A stretch of DNA of 64,000 nucleotides from an uncultured Candidatus Saccharibacteria bacterium (GTDB lineage Bacteria > Patescibacteriota > Minisyncoccia > Phycocordibacterales > UBA1006), in the NCBI GenBank assembly GCA_964350165.1, contig CAYGJA010000004.1, positions 7,638-71,637 on the forward strand, written 5' to 3'. The number at the start of each line of letters is the position of its first letter. Positions within the stretch are counted from its first letter, which is position 1. Positions 19,911 through 28,705 of the stretch are shown piece by piece. Below the pieces are notes generated by a model. That model saw only the letters and a program-made list of their open reading frames with translations, had not been told where the DNA came from and searched no databases. The translations under genes were made by a program, and so were the position numbers.

Positions 19911-19983
19911 GGGCCCGTAACTCAGCTGGTAGAGTGCTTCCATGGCATGGAAGAAGTCGTCGGTTCAAGTCCGATCGGGTCCA
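19911..19983 (+). tRNA. tRNA-Ala (anticodon GGC)
   Basis: Acceptor gggcccg/cgggtcc with G3:U70; anticodon stem cttcc/ggaag, loop atGGCat; T-loop ttcaagt; CCA not encoded. Confidence 0.9.
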
Positions 19984-19994
19984 CAATAGAAAAT

Positions 19995-20633
19995 ATGAAC
20001 AAACACACAAAAGCAAAGGAGATTAAAACATTGCACGCTAAGATGCATGATCTCGCCTCAATGACTCGCGGGATAGAAAAAAGCATTGCTATTTACTCCG
20101 GGTCTCTTTCTGAGTATCAAGTAAAATTTTATCAAGAGGAGCTTTCCTTTCTGCGAGGTCTTCTTGTCGCAAGCGGAGTGGCTGCGCCTTCAGCTTTAGC
20201 CCTTCTTACCTTAGGAGAAGGCTATGAAGTTGCTCCCCACATTTTACTCATTGGGTTTGTGATACTACTCATTAGTCTTATTAATTTTATAATTGCTATT
20301 GCCAAAATTCATCGACGCCTTCAGCTTTCTGTTTTTATCCTCGGAGCAAGAAGAGTCTTAGGATTTGAAGTCCTAGATGCTTTAGTTTCTGAAAAAAGCA
20401 TTAAAGAAGTCTGTGAGTCTGAAGATCTTGAAAAAATCAATTCATGGATTAAATCTGTAAAGCAATTAATAGATCAGTTAAGTAAAAAATTAACTCACTT
20501 GGAGGCAGAAGACTTTGCAAGTCCCTTCATAAATACACCAAGATATCACTTTTTTCTTATTGGTAATTTTATTCTAGGGATCCTCTTTGTGGCATTTTCA
20601 GTTTTGTGGCCAAAGCTCTCTACATTGATCTAG
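19995..20633 (+). CDS. Hypothetical integral membrane protein (212 aa)
   Basis: Start moved to the Met just 3' of the tRNA (MNKHTKAK...); three hydrophobic helices; no family recognised. Confidence 0.45.
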   Translation: MNKHTKAKEIKTLHAKMHDLASMTRGIEKSIAIYSGSLSEYQVKFYQEELSFLRGLLVASGVAAPSALALLTLGEGYEVAPHILLIGFVILLISLINFIIAIAKIHRRLQLSVFILGARRVLGFEVLDALVSEKSIKEVCESEDLEKINSWIKSVKQLIDQLSKKLTHLEAEDFASPFINTPRYHFFLIGNFILGILFVAFSVLWPKLSTLI

Positions 20634-20943
20634 CAGATTTACAGAAAACAACCTCCCTGCGTGTAATTCCCCAAACAAATATCTGTTATCTAGCAGGCTG
20701 CGGACGGGAGACGGTTTCTCTCCCTCGCTTTCTATAAAATCGTGCGTTTTTAGTCCAGAGCTTTAGAGAGTTAGTTTTTAGTTAGGTGCTGCAAGCAGCC
20801 CATGACCGCTGGGTCTACTTTGACGACCCAGAGGATCTGGAATACCAGGCCCACGAAGTCTACGAAAAAGAAATCAGGGGGTGGCTGATGCTGCCAGAAC
20901 CCTCCTTTTTTTGGAAAGAAATGAAATAATATGGCATCGTTTA

Positions 20944-20976
20944 GCCGCGCTTTTTTAAGGCGCGGCCATATTTTTA
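20944..20976 (+). terminator. GC-rich hairpin terminator (bidirectional)
   Basis: gccgcgc-ttttttaag-gcgcggc followed by catattttta; lies between convergent units, about 310 nt after the 19995..20633 gene. Confidence 0.45.
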
Positions 20977-21234
20977 GATGATTATTCTCCCCTCTTCAAC
21001 GAGGCGGAATGCTTTTTCTCTGTCTTTTCTCTTGTTTGCCAAAAACTTTTTTGCTCTCCTTCTCCCTCGAACCGGTTGAACCTGGTTCATTGCCTCGATT
21101 GCTAAAGACAATTGAGTTTTTCCATTTCTGTAGGGTTCGTTGCAAAAAGCAATAAAAGCGCGCTGCCTGAGGTCTGACAGTGTCTCGAATTGGTCCTGGT
21201 CAGGAGCCAAGAGACGGATGAAAAAGATGTTCAT
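20974..21234 (-). CDS. Hypothetical basic protein (86 aa) downstream of uvrC
   Basis: ORF with an Arg/Lys-rich C-terminus (RGRRRAKKFLANKRKDREKAFR); no motif recognised. Confidence 0.3.
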   Translation of the reverse strand: MNIFFIRLLAPDQDQFETLSDLRQRAFIAFCNEPYRNGKTQLSLAIEAMNQVQPVRGRRRAKKFLANKRKDREKAFRLVEEGRIII

Positions 21235-21266
21235 TTTCTTTTGTGTTTGCGTATAGAATCTAGTCT

Positions 21267-22493
21267 TTATTCTAAACTTTTCTTCCCACGAAGCAATTGG
21301 TGATAACGAATCCCAAAACGATGTGCTTCGTGATTGGCCAGGAGAATATCATCATGGTGTTCTGCGACAATCTTTCTTTGGCCTAAGACTTCCTTGGGGC
21401 GATGCTTCTCGTCTTTTTTTACGCTCACCACTGGTATCTGATAACCATACTCACGCAAAGCTTCTTCGATTACCCTTTTCTGAGCCTGACCACCATCAGC
21501 CACCATGATATTGGGCAGGCGCCATTCGGGATGAGCGAGGCGACGTGTGATTAATTCGCGCAATGCGTGCGTATCACTCCCAAAACGCTCGCTAGCGATG
21601 CGGAATTTGCGATACTGAGCCTTGTCTACTTCTCCATCCGTAAGCACCGTCATGACACCCACAGTGCTGGTTCCGGCGATATGGGCAATATCATAGGCTT
21701 CGATTCTGATGACTTTTCCTTTTTTTTCTTGCAAATCGTCCTTGATCAAGGCCACGTCTCGAATATGTTGCAGGGCAAATAATTGATTGCGAATTTTGGC
21801 AGCTTCTTCAAAGCGCTCATCTTTTGCCAGCTGGTGCATTGTTTTTTCCATGTTCTTGAGAAGGCTTTTTTTCTCACCTTTTAGGAATTGCTTGAGATGC
21901 TGAATATTGCGACCATAGGCTTCCAGGGCGTCATCGGTAGTTACATCAGGAGACAAGCCAAGTAGTCGGTAGAAATATTCATTGGCGCTTTGTTTAGATT
22001 TTCTGTCTCGAAAAGGAAAAATTTTGCGCAAAATCCGCAAAGCCTCGCGCAAAGTCATTCCATTGGGGAACGGTCCAAAAATTTCATCAATCGGAATCGC
22101 GTCTACCATTTCGGGGCTTTTTTCAATTTCGCGTTGGCGCAAAGTAAAAACCCGAGGGAAGGATTCTTTGGTAATGACAATATAATTGTAGCTTTTATTG
22201 TCTTTTTCCCGTGTGTTGTATTCGGGTTGATGCTTTTTGATCAGTCGAGATTCGAGGATAAGGGCCTCTAGAACAGAGTCAGTTTCTTCGTATCGAACAT
22301 CATCTGCCAGTTCGAGCATTTTTACAATCTTGGGACCGCGAGCCTCCATGATGTCTTGCGAAAAATAACTACGCACACGATCACGAAGCGAAGTTGCTTT
22401 ACCAATATAGAGAATTTTTTCTCCCGCAAGAAAGAAATACACTCCTGGTGTATCGGGAAGTTTTTTTATTTTTTCTTGGAGGTCATTCATCAC
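21267..22493 (-). CDS. uvrC: Excinuclease ABC subunit C, short form lacking the C-terminal (HhH)2 domain
   Basis: N-terminal GIY-YIG (PGVYFFLAGEKILYIGKATSLRDRV); C-terminal RNase-H-like endonuclease domain (IEAYDIAHIAGTSTVGVMTV...MVADGGQAQ...EAHRFGI); 408 aa. Confidence 0.8.
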   Translation of the reverse strand: MMNDLQEKIKKLPDTPGVYFFLAGEKILYIGKATSLRDRVRSYFSQDIMEARGPKIVKMLELADDVRYEETDSVLEALILESRLIKKHQPEYNTREKDNKSYNYIVITKESFPRVFTLRQREIEKSPEMVDAIPIDEIFGPFPNGMTLREALRILRKIFPFRDRKSKQSANEYFYRLLGLSPDVTTDDALEAYGRNIQHLKQFLKGEKKSLLKNMEKTMHQLAKDERFEEAAKIRNQLFALQHIRDVALIKDDLQEKKGKVIRIEAYDIAHIAGTSTVGVMTVLTDGEVDKAQYRKFRIASERFGSDTHALRELITRRLAHPEWRLPNIMVADGGQAQKRVIEEALREYGYQIPVVSVKKDEKHRPKEVLGQRKIVAEHHDDILLANHEAHRFGIRYHQLLRGKKSLE

Positions 22494-22517
22494 CCCAAAA
22501 GTATAACCTTTTGAGTT

Positions 22518-23606
22518 TTAAAGCAATTTGGCAACGTCAAATATCGTTACCGAAACCATTAGCAGAATAAGAATTCCAAAACCAGCCATGTTTACGATAC
22601 TGGCAACTTTGTGCGGAATGGGTCGTCTAATGATTCCTTCGATAAGAACAAATAGAATTTGCCCTCCATCCAGGGCTGGAAAAGGAATCAAATTGAGAAC
22701 AGCCAGGTTGATGGAGATAAGCGCTGTAAAGAACAGGAGATATGAGAACCCGTACGAAGCAGCGTCGCCAACCATACCGACAAGCCCCACTGGACCGGTT
22801 AAGGAGCTCACATCCGCCCTGCCACCCACAGCATCGGTAATCAGCCCCTGAAAGGCTTTCACTGTATCACGCACCATCTGTCGAGTGGTTGTGAGGCCTT
22901 GGCCAAGAGAAGCAAAGAATCCCAGCTCTCTATCGCCGACCGGCTCCACAGAAAGTCCGAGAAGTGGCCGTTCACTGCCAGAAGTAATTACGGGAACGAC
23001 GTCAGTCTCCAGAATTTCTCCAGATGCGTTTTTGAGAGAAAAAGAAAACACTCCCGACGAGTCAGATTGAACCAATGTAATGAGTTTTTCTGTAGAAGGA
23101 TTTTCAACGGCTTCTCCGTTAAAAGAAAGAGACAACACCTCGTCACCGACAGTCACCCCAGCCAGAGCACTTGCAGAATTAGGCTGAACGGCCAGAATGC
23201 GAGTGGCAATGTTGCTCAACTCGCTTTCATTTTGCGGAGTTACCACCTCGGGTGTCCCCATACCTAATGCTGCAGAGAGTAACAACCAGGCAAAAATAAG
23301 ATTGAACAGAATACCTCCTATCAGAATGCCCAGCTTGGCCCAGATTGGCTTGGCAAAATAAGCACGGTCTCGGTCTTCTGTCACTTCGCTAGGGTCATCC
23401 TGGCCATGGATACGAACATAGCCACCAAAAGGAATGAGATTGAGTTTGTAGGTGGTTTCTCCAATCTTCTTTTTGAATAGGGTTGGTTCAAAACCAATTG
23501 CAAAAGAATGAACCTTGGTGTTGGTCATTTTTGCAAAGAGGAAATGTCCCAGCTCATGAACAAACACCAGCACGCTGAGGACAATAATAAAGAGAATAAT
23601 ATTCAT
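22518..23606 (-). CDS. rseP: RIP zinc metalloprotease RseP (site-2 protease)
   Basis: HELGHF zinc motif at the N-terminus, PDZ region, C-terminal LDGG motif (FPALDGGQILF). Confidence 0.85.
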   Translation of the reverse strand: MNIILFIIVLSVLVFVHELGHFLFAKMTNTKVHSFAIGFEPTLFKKKIGETTYKLNLIPFGGYVRIHGQDDPSEVTEDRDRAYFAKPIWAKLGILIGGILFNLIFAWLLLSAALGMGTPEVVTPQNESELSNIATRILAVQPNSASALAGVTVGDEVLSLSFNGEAVENPSTEKLITLVQSDSSGVFSFSLKNASGEILETDVVPVITSGSERPLLGLSVEPVGDRELGFFASLGQGLTTTRQMVRDTVKAFQGLITDAVGGRADVSSLTGPVGLVGMVGDAASYGFSYLLFFTALISINLAVLNLIPFPALDGGQILFVLIEGIIRRPIPHKVASIVNMAGFGILILLMVSVTIFDVAKLL

Positions 23607-23608
23607 AA

Positions 23609-24145
23609 TTAAATAGTAGAAATTTCGGTTTCCTTGCGATCAAATACTTCTTGTAGTTCTTGGTTTCCCTTGTCGACAAGCTCCTGAATGTCCTCCTTGG
23701 CACTTCGAACTTCGTCTTCTGATAAACCAGCTGCGCCAAGCTCTTTGATTGCTTCTTCTCGAGCAGCTCTAATACGAACCCTCGCTTGTTCTAGTTTTTC
23801 CTTGAGTAGTTTTATTAAGGATTGTCTGGTTTCTTCGGTTAGGGCTGGTACGTGAACACGCAACCCCTGATCATCGGTAGACAGACTGACTGGCAAGCGA
23901 GCATCGGTGATGGCCTGCTCAATACTTTTTATCTGAGATTTGTCCCAAGGGCTAACACGCAATGTTCGAGCGTCTTCTATCATAGTAGAAGCAATAGCCT
24001 TGATTGGCTGACGAGCTCCGTATACTTCTATCTGAATACTGTCCAGCAGGGCCGGATTCGCACGACCGGTAGAAATTTGACCTAGCTCAGTCTGTAGCCA
24101 TACTTTTGCTTGTGTAATTTTTTCAATAATTTCTTTCGTTTCCAT
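23609..24145 (-). CDS. frr: Ribosome recycling factor
   Basis: 178 aa; matches the RRF family over its full length. Confidence 0.9.
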   Translation of the reverse strand: METKEIIEKITQAKVWLQTELGQISTGRANPALLDSIQIEVYGARQPIKAIASTMIEDARTLRVSPWDKSQIKSIEQAITDARLPVSLSTDDQGLRVHVPALTEETRQSLIKLLKEKLEQARVRIRAAREEAIKELGAAGLSEDEVRSAKEDIQELVDKGNQELQEVFDRKETEISTI

Positions 24146-24181
24146 AAATTAGATATTTCTTTAATTCTTTGTTCTTCTAGC

Positions 24182-24865
24182 CTACTTTGCCGGCAATGAT
24201 AACGCAAGGTATTCGAGAATATATTTGGGAGAAGCGCCTTGATTCTGAAGATAGTTTCGGAATTGAGCTAGGTCTTGGAACAATGGGGCCACAATCGCCA
24301 TGTTCTCTGCGTGCTTGTTATACAAAAATTGCTCCAAATGAACAATTCCCCGAAGAGTTTCTGCTCGCAATACGTTCGACGTCTGGTCTTTCTGGAATTG
24401 TTTAACTGTTTTTTCTACAAATTCCATTCGCTCCTTGATTGGCAACGATAGCCAAGCCACCAAATCGACAGCTCCAGCCGTCGCATCTTTAGCATTGTCT
24501 TGTCCGTGGACAATAGTTGAGCGAGAAATAATAGTCGGAAGTATTCCTTCCAGTGTTGGAAAACAGAGTATGATTTTGTGTCCAGCGGCTGGTTCTTCTA
24601 TTGTTTTGAGCAAAGCGTTCTGTGGTTCTATGCCGGCTGTAGTCGCACTGATAATCATTGCCCGAATCGGTGTTTCTGTGGGTAATTTTTGAGTCAATTC
24701 TTTACGCAATTCGCGCACATCATCAATCAGCAATCGTTCGTACGAATACCAAACATGATCAATGGTTTTGTTTTGCAAAAAATAACGTAAACCAGAGGTA
24801 TCGCCAACATAACAAATCGTCTGTGGCCATTCCGCAAAAGGTATCTCGAGTAGGGCATCAGTCAT
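24182..24865 (-). CDS. DNA polymerase III delta'-like clamp-loader subunit (HolB-like, degenerate ATPase)
   Basis: Clamp-loader sensor motifs ALLKTIEEPAAGHKIILCF...LPTIISRS; no Walker A; only 227 aa. Confidence 0.55.
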   Translation of the reverse strand: MTDALLEIPFAEWPQTICYVGDTSGLRYFLQNKTIDHVWYSYERLLIDDVRELRKELTQKLPTETPIRAMIISATTAGIEPQNALLKTIEEPAAGHKIILCFPTLEGILPTIISRSTIVHGQDNAKDATAGAVDLVAWLSLPIKERMEFVEKTVKQFQKDQTSNVLRAETLRGIVHLEQFLYNKHAENMAIVAPLFQDLAQFRNYLQNQGASPKYILEYLALSLPAK

Positions 24866-24868
24866 ATA

Positions 24869-25153
24869 CTAGAACAATATCACGACCAAGGCCCCCTCGC
24901 CGCCCTGATTCTGTTTGGCGTAGCGAAATTCATATCCATGAGCAAATAGCCATTCTTTTACTGCGCCCCTAATTGTCTTGGTGGGATCTTCAGAGTGAAG
25001 ACCTTTCCCGGTAATAATCCGCACGGAACGTAGACCTTTTTCTTCTGATACATCGAGAAAATCTTCGGTAATAGCCAAGGCTTCGGCAATGGTGTGTCCA
25101 TGCAGATCAATTTCTGCATTAATATTTTGTGGATACTTATTCCCAAAACCCAT
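24869..25153 (-). CDS. Smr-domain protein
   Basis: EIDLHGHTIAEALA...VRIITGKGLHS matches the Smr consensus (DLHG...v.iItGkG.hS). Confidence 0.7.
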   Translation of the reverse strand: MGFGNKYPQNINAEIDLHGHTIAEALAITEDFLDVSEEKGLRSVRIITGKGLHSEDPTKTIRGAVKEWLFAHGYEFRYAKQNQGGEGALVVILF

Positions 25154-25165
25154 ACAAATAAAAAA

Positions 25166-26182
25166 CTACTTTCGCTTGGTAATAATGGCTCTTTTGTAGG
25201 TATCCAGATGGTCGAGCATCAGTCCGGTTCCTCGCACAACACAATACAAGGGGTCTTCGGCCAGAGTGGCACGAACACCTGTTCGACGATAAATCAAATC
25301 AGCAAGATTCCGCAACTGCGCCGAGCCACCAGTAAGGGTAATACCATTGTCGATAATATCAGCCGCTAATTCTGGTGGTGTTTGTTGGAGCACATCTTTA
25401 ATTGCTTGGATAATTTGTCGCAGGTCGTCTTCGATAGCTTTGGCGATTTCGTTGCTCGTTATCTTTACCGCTCGTGGCAATCCGGTTACATAATCGCGTC
25501 CTTTTATCATGATTTTCATTTCATCTTCTATTTCAAGGGCACTGCCGATTTTCATTTTTACTTTTTCGGCGGTCTTATCACCGATGGCCAAATTAAATTT
25601 TCGCTTAATATAGTCAGCAATCGAGCGGTCGATTTGATTTCCCGCTACTTTTACAGATTTACTAGCGACAATTCCCCCTAGAGAAATTACCGCCACATCT
25701 GTGGTTCCGGCTCCAATGTCTACAATCATATGACCCTGTGGCTCATAGATAGGAACCCCGGCCCCAATAGCTGCCAGAATGGGTTCTTTAGATACATAAG
25801 CATTGCGTGCTCCCGCTTTGAGTGCTGCTTCGATGACAGCGCGACGCTCGGTAGACGTTACTCCAGCTGGTACCGAAATAAGCACATCGGGCTTAAAGAA
25901 AGACCACTTCCCTAGAGCTTTTTGAAAAAAATGCCGAAGCATGGCCTCGGTCACGCGGTAGTCAGCAATCACGCCATCGCGAAGCGGACGATAAGCAATA
26001 ATATCACCAGGAGTGCGTCCAATCATTTCTTTGGCATCGGTTCCAATGGCTAGAACCCTGTTTTCCTGTTCAGATATGGCTACCACCGAAGGTTCGTTCA
26101 GCACCACGCCTTGCCCTGGCACATACACCAAAGTATTTGCTGTTCCTAAATCAATTCCGAGTCGGCGCGTAATCAGTCTCAT
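25166..26182 (-). CDS. mreB: Rod-shape-determining protein MreB
   Basis: Actin-fold phosphate-1 motif IGIDLGTANTLVY, 338 aa. Confidence 0.9.
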   Translation of the reverse strand: MRLITRRLGIDLGTANTLVYVPGQGVVLNEPSVVAISEQENRVLAIGTDAKEMIGRTPGDIIAYRPLRDGVIADYRVTEAMLRHFFQKALGKWSFFKPDVLISVPAGVTSTERRAVIEAALKAGARNAYVSKEPILAAIGAGVPIYEPQGHMIVDIGAGTTDVAVISLGGIVASKSVKVAGNQIDRSIADYIKRKFNLAIGDKTAEKVKMKIGSALEIEDEMKIMIKGRDYVTGLPRAVKITSNEIAKAIEDDLRQIIQAIKDVLQQTPPELAADIIDNGITLTGGSAQLRNLADLIYRRTGVRATLAEDPLYCVVRGTGLMLDHLDTYKRAIITKRK

Positions 26183-26253
26183 GGTTTTGTGCCGCTAGTA
26201 TAATACAAAAACCATTTGCAATGAATGAGTTCTTGTTTTGCTATAATCTCGGC

Positions 26254-27267
26254 ATGATTCTAGAGCACGTGAATCTCACCAACAAAAACACCCTCCACAC
26301 CCCCGCCCAAACCCGCTGGTTCATTTCGGTTGGGCCTGAGGGTTTTTCTTCTGAAGAACTAGAAATAATACGAAACCATCCAAGACTCTGCTTGGGTAGT
26401 GGTAGCAATACTTGTTTTGTTGGAGATTTTGAAGGAGTCATCATTTCTTCTTCCGATACAAGTATCCAAGTCAATGACAATTTAGTTACAGCTGGAGCCG
26501 GCTTGGATTGGGACGCCTTTGTGGCCGACACCCTTGATCGGGAATTATTTGGACTCGAAAATCTTTCTCTTATTCCGGGCACTGTTGGAGCTGCTCCTGT
26601 TCAAAATATTGGCGCCTACGGTGTAGAAGTTTCCGAAATGATACACCTTGTTCATGGAATAAATCTCCTCACCGGAAAATCAGAAACCCTCTCTCCTTTG
26701 GAATGTCAGTTTTCTTATCGCAACAGTATTTTTAAAACAAAACTACGCAATATTTTTTTGATTACGCAGGTAACGTTCACCCTCTCCTCAGAGCCGAACG
26801 TCAACACGAATTACACCGCACTCAACCAAGAATTGACCTTGCAAAAAATAAAAAATCCAACCCCACAACAAATTCGAGATACCGTTATTGCTGTTAGACA
26901 ATCAAAGCTCCCTGACTGGAAAACAGTCCCTAATGCTGGAAGTTTTTTCAAAAATCCAATTATTTCAGACGAGCAACTACAAGGGCTATTGCTGATGCAC
27001 CCAAGTATGCCTCATTGGGACAACCCTGACAGCAGTACAAAAATCCCAGCCGCCTGGCTTCTAGAAACCGCTGGCTGGAAAGGACGCTGGATTGGCAATG
27101 TTGGTTGCTATGAAAAACAACCCCTTGTTCTGGTGACCAACGGCCAAGCAACGGGCAACGAAATCGTTAACTTTGCTCATGATATTATTAATTCCATTAA
27201 AGAAGGCTTTGGAATTATTCTGGAGCCAGAGGTTAACATCATCAACCATGCAACCAAAATCACTTAG
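26254..27267 (+). CDS. murB: UDP-N-acetylenolpyruvoylglucosamine reductase
   Basis: FAD-binding LGSGSNTCF motif and MurB C-terminal domain; start placed at MILEHVNLTNKNTLHTPA. Confidence 0.8.
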   Translation: MILEHVNLTNKNTLHTPAQTRWFISVGPEGFSSEELEIIRNHPRLCLGSGSNTCFVGDFEGVIISSSDTSIQVNDNLVTAGAGLDWDAFVADTLDRELFGLENLSLIPGTVGAAPVQNIGAYGVEVSEMIHLVHGINLLTGKSETLSPLECQFSYRNSIFKTKLRNIFLITQVTFTLSSEPNVNTNYTALNQELTLQKIKNPTPQQIRDTVIAVRQSKLPDWKTVPNAGSFFKNPIISDEQLQGLLLMHPSMPHWDNPDSSTKIPAAWLLETAGWKGRWIGNVGCYEKQPLVLVTNGQATGNEIVNFAHDIINSIKEGFGIILEPEVNIINHATKIT

Positions 27268-28705
27268 CTATCTCCTAGACGAAGACCTCATTATTGACAT
27301 GCGCGGTGACGATAATCACGTTCACTCTTCGCTTTGTGATGACTCTCGCACGGTGGGCGTGGGAAGCGCCTTTGTGGCCACTCGGGGTACCGCGGTTGAT
27401 GGCCACAAATACATCGAACACGCCATCGATCGCGGTGCTACGGGTATTGTTTGCGAAGAATTTCCGGAGAAACTCCATGAACACATTACATATGTCTTAG
27501 TAAAAAACAGCCGCCACGCTCTAGGTATTGCCGCTGCCAGATTCTACGACGACCCTTCTCACGATATGAAAATTGTCGGCGTTACAGGAACCAACGGCAA
27601 AACAACCATTGCCACTTTGCTGTATCAGATCCTGAGCATGTCTGGCCATAAAACAGGCCTCATTTCAACAGTCGAAACTCGTATCGGCAACAAAGAAATT
27701 ACCCGTGGTGGTGCGGCCACTACTCCTGGTCCAATCATCCTCCAGAAAACGCTTTACGACATGCGTGCAGCCGGCTGTACCCATGTCTGCATGGAAGTCT
27801 CTTCTCATGCCATGGACCAACAACGAGTCGCAGGGATAGAATTCACTGGTGGAATTTTTAGCAATATTACTCATGATCATTTGGATTATCATGGCACCTT
27901 CGAAAACTACATCACTGCCAAACAATCCTTTTTCGATATGTTACCCGCCACGGCTTTTGCCATTGCGAACATCGACGACGAAAACGGTGCTTTTATCCTC
28001 CAGAACACCAAAGCCGCTACTTATTTTTATGGGCTTCATGCTAAATCTGATTTTGATTTAGATATTCATGATACTGATATTTCAGGCAGCAATATTAGTA
28101 TCAACGACCAGAATATTCACATCCCTCTGCCTGGTGCCTACAACGCCTATAATGCCGCAGCTGTATTTGGAGCAGCGGAGCTTTTGGATATTCCAATCGA
28201 CCGCATCGCCAAGCTACTCAGCAAAATAGTCCCCCCACCTGGTCGATTCGAGGTTTTACCTCATCGGCGTGGAATTTTTGGTGTTCTCGATTACGCTCAC
28301 ACTCCGGACGCTTTGGAGAACCTGCTCCAGACGGTTCGAGATTTAGCTGGTGAAAGAAAAATAATCACCGTAGTGGGTGCTGGTGGTGGTCGAGATGTTT
28401 CCAAGCGCTCTAGTATGGGCCGTATCGTAGCCGAAAAATCAGATATCTCCATCTTCACTTCGGACAACCCTCGCAACGAAGAACCCCTGGCAATTATCAA
28501 TGACTTGCGCTCGGGGCTGTATTTGGTTCCCGAGGCACAGGTGCTGGTAACCCCCGACCGAGATGAAGCCATTCGCCAAGCGGTAGAATTAGCAAAGCCT
28601 GGTGACATTGTGGTCCTAGCTGGCAAAGGCCACGAGCAATACCAAGAAGCCAAAGGTCAAAAAATCCCTTTTAGTGACAAAGAGATATTCTTGCGGGCTA
28701 AGTAA
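27248..28705 (+). CDS. murE: UDP-N-acetylmuramoyl-L-alanyl-D-glutamate--2,6-diaminopimelate ligase
   Basis: VGVTGTNGKTTIATLL P-loop and the MurE-specific DNPR motif (TSDNPRNEEP) near the C-terminus. Confidence 0.85.
   Translation: MQPKSLSYLLDEDLIIDMRGDDNHVHSSLCDDSRTVGVGSAFVATRGTAVDGHKYIEHAIDRGATGIVCEEFPEKLHEHITYVLVKNSRHALGIAAARFYDDPSHDMKIVGVTGTNGKTTIATLLYQILSMSGHKTGLISTVETRIGNKEITRGGAATTPGPIILQKTLYDMRAAGCTHVCMEVSSHAMDQQRVAGIEFTGGIFSNITHDHLDYHGTFENYITAKQSFFDMLPATAFAIANIDDENGAFILQNTKAATYFYGLHAKSDFDLDIHDTDISGSNISINDQNIHIPLPGAYNAYNAAAVFGAAELLDIPIDRIAKLLSKIVPPPGRFEVLPHRRGIFGVLDYAHTPDALENLLQTVRDLAGERKIITVVGAGGGRDVSKRSSMGRIVAEKSDISIFTSDNPRNEEPLAIINDLRSGLYLVPEAQVLVTPDRDEAIRQAVELAKPGDIVVLAGKGHEQYQEAKGQKIPFSDKEIFLRAK

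Noticed and set aside
19841-20026. Short ORFs and the long N-terminal extension of the 19947 ORF across tRNA-Ala(GGC)
   Set aside because: Overlap the tRNA; the real downstream CDS most plausibly starts at Met 19995, just 3' of the tRNA.
20634-20976. Candidate RNase P RNA, tmRNA or SRP RNA in the silent 340-bp region
   Set aside because: Hallmark motifs (P4 GGAAAGUCCGG, tmRNA tag ORF ending in ...AA-stop plus TPsiC-like 3' end, SRP GGAA-capped helix 8) were not found by eye; retained only as a low-interest unexplained region.
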